Below, in pieces: positions 59,452-64,000 of a stretch of 64,000 nucleotides of DNA (the first letter of the stretch is position 1; every line of letters begins with the position of its first letter). The position numbers and the translations under genes are program-made. The DNA is from Clostridia bacterium (GTDB lineage Bacteria > Bacillota > Clostridia > JAAYHZ01), in assembly GCA_050950825.1 (NCBI GenBank), contig JBMNIH010000004.1, forward strand, positions 416,001-480,000. The letters run 5' to 3'. Under the pieces are notes generated by a model. It was not told where the DNA came from. It saw only the letters and a program-made list of their open reading frames with translations, and did not search any database.

Positions 59452-60951
59452 ATGTATTTAATGGGCATTGACGTAGGCAGCACCGGATGCAAAGCCACCA
59501 TTGTGGATGCGTACGGAAATGTGGTAGGAAGCTCGTACAGGGAATACGCAACCGTCATTACCAAAGAAGGGTACGGCGAAATACCCGTCGAAAGCATAAG
59601 AAACGAAGTGAAAAACGCAATCCGATTTGCAGCGGAAGGAATCCAAAAAGGCGGTATCAAAGCGATATGCACTTCTTCCTTCGGAGAAGGGTTTGTTGCC
59701 GTCGATGAAAAAGGAGAGCCTTTAAACAACCCTATTCTGTACATCGATCCGAGAGGAAAAGAATATTTGGATCGCTTTTCCCGAGATTCGTTGGGATTTG
59801 ATATGTATAAAACGGCGGGAACAAGCCCGCAATCCATCTATTCGCTGCCGAAATTAATGTGGATCAAGGATCACCGGCCGGATTTGTATAACAAAATCCG
59901 TAAAATCTTGTTTGTCGGCGACTATATACTGTATATGTTAGGTGCCGAACCTTTCTGTACCTACTCTTTAGCGGCAAGAAGCATGGCTTTCGATGTCATC
60001 AATAAAAAATGGAGCGACGAAATAATCGAATGTGCCGGACTTGACCGCAGCTTCTTCCCTCAGCCCGTAAAATCGGGAACGGTATTAGGGAAAATATGCC
60101 CGAAGGTTGCTGCGGAGCTCGGGTTATCCGATGATATCCTTTTGGTAGCCGGAGGTCACGACCAACCTTGCGTTGCTTTGGGTGCCGGTGTCAACAAGGC
60201 CGGGCTGGCGGTGGACGGGCTGGGAACCGTAGAATGTATTACTCCCGCCTTTGATTCTCCCATCATAACGCCCGGAATGGTAAAGAATAATTTCGTGTTG
60301 GTTCCCCACGTATTGGATAACCTTTATGTGACGTACGCTTTCACGCTGACAAGCGGAAGCGTGGTTCGCTGGTACCGCGATACGTTCGGACAACAGGAGA
60401 AAGAATACGCGGAAAGCATCGGTATAAACGCCTACGACTACATTATGGATAACGCCAATCCGGAGCCTTCCGGTATGTTTGTACTGCCTCATTTTTCGGG
60501 ATCCGCTACTCCCTACATGGACAGCGAATCGAAGGGTGCCATTTTGGGAGTTACCTTGGATACCACCAAGGATAAATTCGTGAAAGCCTTATTGGAAGGT
60601 ATCACCTATGAGATTATGGTAAATGCGGAGATTTTGAACCAAGAAGGAATAAAGACCGATCACTTGAGAGCGGTAGGAGGGCTGGCCAAGTCCGACAGCT
60701 ATTTACATCTTAAGGCAAGCATGATGAATTCCATTATCGAAACCTTAAACGTAACCGAAGCCGGTACCGCCGGTGTAGCGATTTTGGCCGGGGTTGCTTG
60801 CGGAATTTACGACAGTATCGAAGACGGTATTGACAAGGTCGTCAAGGTTAAGAAGGTTTATTACCCGGATCCGAAGGTCAGCGAATATTATCAAGAACAA
60901 TTCGTGAAATACAAAAGAATTTACCGGGCCATGAAGGAAATCTATAAATAA
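59452..60951 (+). CDS. FGGY-family carbohydrate kinase
   Basis: GIDVGSTGCK, PKLMWIK, GGHDQ, LLEGI, VGGLAKS. Confidence 0.92.
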   Translation: MYLMGIDVGSTGCKATIVDAYGNVVGSSYREYATVITKEGYGEIPVESIRNEVKNAIRFAAEGIQKGGIKAICTSSFGEGFVAVDEKGEPLNNPILYIDPRGKEYLDRFSRDSLGFDMYKTAGTSPQSIYSLPKLMWIKDHRPDLYNKIRKILFVGDYILYMLGAEPFCTYSLAARSMAFDVINKKWSDEIIECAGLDRSFFPQPVKSGTVLGKICPKVAAELGLSDDILLVAGGHDQPCVALGAGVNKAGLAVDGLGTVECITPAFDSPIITPGMVKNNFVLVPHVLDNLYVTYAFTLTSGSVVRWYRDTFGQQEKEYAESIGINAYDYIMDNANPEPSGMFVLPHFSGSATPYMDSESKGAILGVTLDTTKDKFVKALLEGITYEIMVNAEILNQEGIKTDHLRAVGGLAKSDSYLHLKASMMNSIIETLNVTEAGTAGVAILAGVACGIYDSIEDGIDKVVKVKKVYYPDPKVSEYYQEQFVKYKRIYRAMKEIYK

Positions 60952-60962
60952 GGAGACAGCGT

Positions 60963-61838
60963 ATGGCTTTAGTAAGCATGAAGGAAATACTGGAGGACGC
61001 CCGAAAACGTAATTACGCCGTAGGGTGTTTTAATGCGGTGAACCTGGACATGACAAGAGGGGTTTTGGAAGCGGCGGAAGAACTGCAAGCGCCGGTAATC
61101 CTGTGCCATGCGGAAGTGCATTTTAAATATACCCCCCTCGAGAAAATTGCTCCGATTCTGGTTAACGAGGCTCGTATGGCGAAGGTGCCCGTTGCTTTGC
61201 TTTTGGACCACGGAAAAAGCTTTTCGGCTATCGTGAAAGCCATGCATTTGGGATTTAACGCCGTCATGTATGACGGATCGGATCTTCCTTTTGAACAAAA
61301 TGCGGAGAACACGAAAGAGGTGGTTCGAATTGCCCGAGCATTGGATGTTTCCGTAGAAGCGGAATTGGGGCATGTGGTTCGTCCGAAAAGCGCCGGTGCC
61401 GACGGTGACGAAGACGATTCCACGGCGGGAGACGAATCTTTTTATACCCGTCCCGACCAAGCATACGAATTCGTGAATCGAACCGATGTGGACGCCTTGG
61501 CGGTGGCATTCGGAACCGCACACGGCGTGTATTTGAAAAAGCCGGTTTTGGATTTGCAGCGTTTGGCGCAAATCCGGGATGCCGTCCCCGTTCCTTTGGT
61601 GATGCACGGGGGGTCCGGATTGGAAGAAGCGGACTTTAAGAATTCCATTTCCGCCGGGATAACGAAAATCAATTACTATACGGGAATGGCGAAATATGCC
61701 GCAGAGAAAATAAAGGAAAAGCTCAATTCGGAAGACGGCATCCTTTTATATCACAACGTCATGATGGATGCGATTCGTGCAATAAAGGAAGATGTAATTA
61801 AAGCTATGGAGCTGTTCGGATGCGAAGGCAAGGCGTAA
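60963..61838 (+). CDS. Class II ketose-bisphosphate aldolase
   Basis: LDHG, VMYDGS, VEAELGHV, GTAHG, LVMHGGSG, KINY. Confidence 0.92.
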   Translation: MALVSMKEILEDARKRNYAVGCFNAVNLDMTRGVLEAAEELQAPVILCHAEVHFKYTPLEKIAPILVNEARMAKVPVALLLDHGKSFSAIVKAMHLGFNAVMYDGSDLPFEQNAENTKEVVRIARALDVSVEAELGHVVRPKSAGADGDEDDSTAGDESFYTRPDQAYEFVNRTDVDALAVAFGTAHGVYLKKPVLDLQRLAQIRDAVPVPLVMHGGSGLEEADFKNSISAGITKINYYTGMAKYAAEKIKEKLNSEDGILLYHNVMMDAIRAIKEDVIKAMELFGCEGKA

Positions 61839-61875
61839 TGCCCGAACGATTAACCGAAAAAAGGAGTGATTCGTA

Positions 61876-62931
61876 ATGTCCGACCCGAAATTAATATGCG
61901 GTATGAACTATATTCCTTATACGGAATTAAGAGTTCCGTCAACAAGGATCGCAAAAGCGAAGTTTCCCGTTTTTGAATCCCATGCCCATCTGGGCAAACT
62001 GGTTATCGGTGACAACTACGACACCTTATACGATATGGATACCTTGGTGGAAACCTTAAAGACCTTTGGCATTTACAAAGTGATCAATTTGGACGGCTTT
62101 TGGGGCGAAGAGCTAGACCGGATGCTCAAAAAAACCGAAAAATACAACGACGATTTTGTAGTTACCTTCGGGTCTGTCGATGTTTCCCGGTTGGACGAGC
62201 CTGCCTTCGAAAAAGAGGTGTACCGAACGCTGAAGGAATCGAAGGAAAAGGGAATCAAAGGAATCAAGCTTTGGAAGAATATCAGCTTGTATATGAGGGA
62301 TAAGAAGGGTAAAAAGATTCCTTTTGACGATCCGAGGTTGGATTGTATTTTCAAAGCTGCGGGCGAGCTGGGATTAATCGTATTGGCACATGTGGCCGAT
62401 CCGATCGCCTTTTTCAAGCCTATTGATATGTATAACGAACGGTATGACGAATTGCATGTTCGCCCCGATTGGAGCTTCTACGGGGAAGAATTCTTTGAGT
62501 TCAACGAGCTGATGATTATGCAAGAAAACGTATTAAAGAACAACCCGAATACGACGTTTATCATTGCCCACGGAGGATCCTGCTCCGAGGATTTAGGATA
62601 TGTAGGACGCTGCTTGGACAAGTATCCGAATATGTATATCGACTTTGCCGAAAGGGTGTCGGAAATCGGAAGACAGCCCTATACTTCAAGGAAGTTTTTC
62701 ATGAAGTACCAAGATCGAATCGTGTTCGGAACCGATATGAATCCCTTTAATATCGACTACGAAGCCAATTTCAGATGCTTGGAGACTTTCGACGAATATT
62801 TTGACTATTCCAATAAACCGAAAGCTCCTCACGGAAACTGGAAGATCTACGGAATTGGCTTGGATGACGATGTTTTGGAAAAAGTTTATTGTAAAAACAT
62901 GGAAAGATTGTTGAAGGAGGTAGTAAAATGA
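61876..62931 (+). CDS. Amidohydrolase family protein
   Basis: ESHAH, GIKLWK, AHVADP, IIAH, FGTD. Confidence 0.85.
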   Translation: MSDPKLICGMNYIPYTELRVPSTRIAKAKFPVFESHAHLGKLVIGDNYDTLYDMDTLVETLKTFGIYKVINLDGFWGEELDRMLKKTEKYNDDFVVTFGSVDVSRLDEPAFEKEVYRTLKESKEKGIKGIKLWKNISLYMRDKKGKKIPFDDPRLDCIFKAAGELGLIVLAHVADPIAFFKPIDMYNERYDELHVRPDWSFYGEEFFEFNELMIMQENVLKNNPNTTFIIAHGGSCSEDLGYVGRCLDKYPNMYIDFAERVSEIGRQPYTSRKFFMKYQDRIVFGTDMNPFNIDYEANFRCLETFDEYFDYSNKPKAPHGNWKIYGIGLDDDVLEKVYCKNMERLLKEVVK

Positions 62932-64000
62932 GGAAACCGGTAGCCGGATTTATTGTTTACGGGGTGCACAAGGACGGACTGAAGGATCCTATGGGAACAC
63001 CCTTTATCGACGATAAAATCATCGCCGATTCCAAAAAAGCGTTGATCGACAGCGGTATCGTACTTAAGGAGCATGACGTGATTGTTGCTACCAAGGAAGA
63101 AGCAAAAGCGGCATTTTCCGTCATGAAGAAAGACGATGACATTGACCTGGTGATCCTTTTCTCCGGTACTTGGGTTTGGGCGGCCCACATGATTGCCGCA
63201 ATCCGTGACTTCGCGGGAACGGGTAAAGGCATCCTGATTTGGACTCATCCGGGCTCCCAAGGCTGGCGTCCCGTAGGAGGACTGGTATTACACGGTGCCC
63301 TGATGGAAATCGGGTTGGTGCATAAATTTGTATACGGATCCGCCCAAGATCCGAAAGAGGTTGCCAAGATCACATCCTTTGCCAAGGCGTGCATGCTGAA
63401 AAACAAGCTGAACATGTCCACCATCGGTGCTTTTGGCGGCCGCGGAATGGGGCAGACTTGCGGTGTAGCGGATCCTTCCCAGTGGATGAAGACGTTCGGT
63501 GTGGACATCGATTCCCGAGATACCACCGCTTTGCTCAAAACCGCACAGGCGGTAACGGAGGAAGAAATCAAAGAAGTGGAAGAAAGGTTAAAGACCTTGT
63601 TCCGGACGGTTCCCGAGAGAAATGCTGCTGCCGAACGCTCTATCCGATTGTATATCGCAATCAAGAAAATGTTAAAGAAAGAAAAATGGGATTTCTATAC
63701 CATACAATCCTTCCCGGGATTGGGAGACGATTATTCGGCTACTTGCTTTGCCCAAAGCATGATGTTGGAAGATCGCGTTCCCACATCCACGTTGTCCGAC
63801 TTTAATACCGCCATGACGGTTTATCTTTTGTCCAACCTAAGCAATGAACCTGTGTACTACGGCGATTTGCAGCACATTGACAAATCCAATAACGAGATTA
63901 AGATTATCGGCGACGGAGCGATTCCTCCTTCACTGGCTTGTGAGGTGGGACCTGCCGGTTTTGCCGAGCACGGTATCCCTACCGAAGGAGAAGCCGGCGG
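62928..64000 (+). CDS. L-fucose/L-arabinose isomerase-like protein, runs off the window
   Basis: Manual translation MRKPVAGF..GTWVW..IGAFGGRGMG..FGVDI..QSFP..LSNEPVYYGD. GGAGG RBS. Absent from the ORF track because no stop lies inside the window. Confidence 0.65.
   Translation, partial: MRKPVAGFIVYGVHKDGLKDPMGTPFIDDKIIADSKKALIDSGIVLKEHDVIVATKEEAKAAFSVMKKDDDIDLVILFSGTWVWAAHMIAAIRDFAGTGKGILIWTHPGSQGWRPVGGLVLHGALMEIGLVHKFVYGSAQDPKEVAKITSFAKACMLKNKLNMSTIGAFGGRGMGQTCGVADPSQWMKTFGVDIDSRDTTALLKTAQAVTEEEIKEVEERLKTLFRTVPERNAAAERSIRLYIAIKKMLKKEKWDFYTIQSFPGLGDDYSATCFAQSMMLEDRVPTSTLSDFNTAMTVYLLSNLSNEPVYYGDLQHIDKSNNEIKIIGDGAIPPSLACEVGPAGFAEHGIPTEGEAG

Noticed and set aside
1-64000. Numerous short antisense or overlapping ORFs in the six-frame track (e.g. 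30090-30542, 49993-50550, 60969-61607)
   Set aside because: Shadow ORFs of well-supported genes, without RBS or motifs.

Overview
Chromosomal segment of a spore-forming Clostridia-type firmicute (gerK-type operon, abrB with a Spo0A box, T-box-controlled thrS, single-chain PurL). Most of it is housekeeping and poorly characterised carbohydrate/amidohydrolase catabolic genes. A decayed ~8 kb genomic island (37.3-45.4 kb) lies at the 3' end of tRNA-Ser(CGA). It holds an integrase remnant, IS3, IS256 and IS6-like elements, a truncated Ig-like/SLH surface-protein gene and a foreign tRNA-Ser 3' half. Top observations: (1) an in-frame fusion of TadA adenosine deaminase to an AAG/MPG-type hypoxanthine/alkylpurine DNA glycosylase; (2) a RAYT-type HUH/Y1 transposase with a dispersed intergenic 15-mer (GGGGACGGTTCTCAA), two copies of which bracket the transposase plus a cupin gene and abut outward -10 boxes; (3) a ~180 bp DnaA-box-like hairpin with strong G-U strand bias in the IS6-like element; (4) apparently inactivated catalytic domains in PurL (glutaminase) and AroE-AroK (dehydrogenase). 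All calls come from reading motifs by eye; no searches were run.
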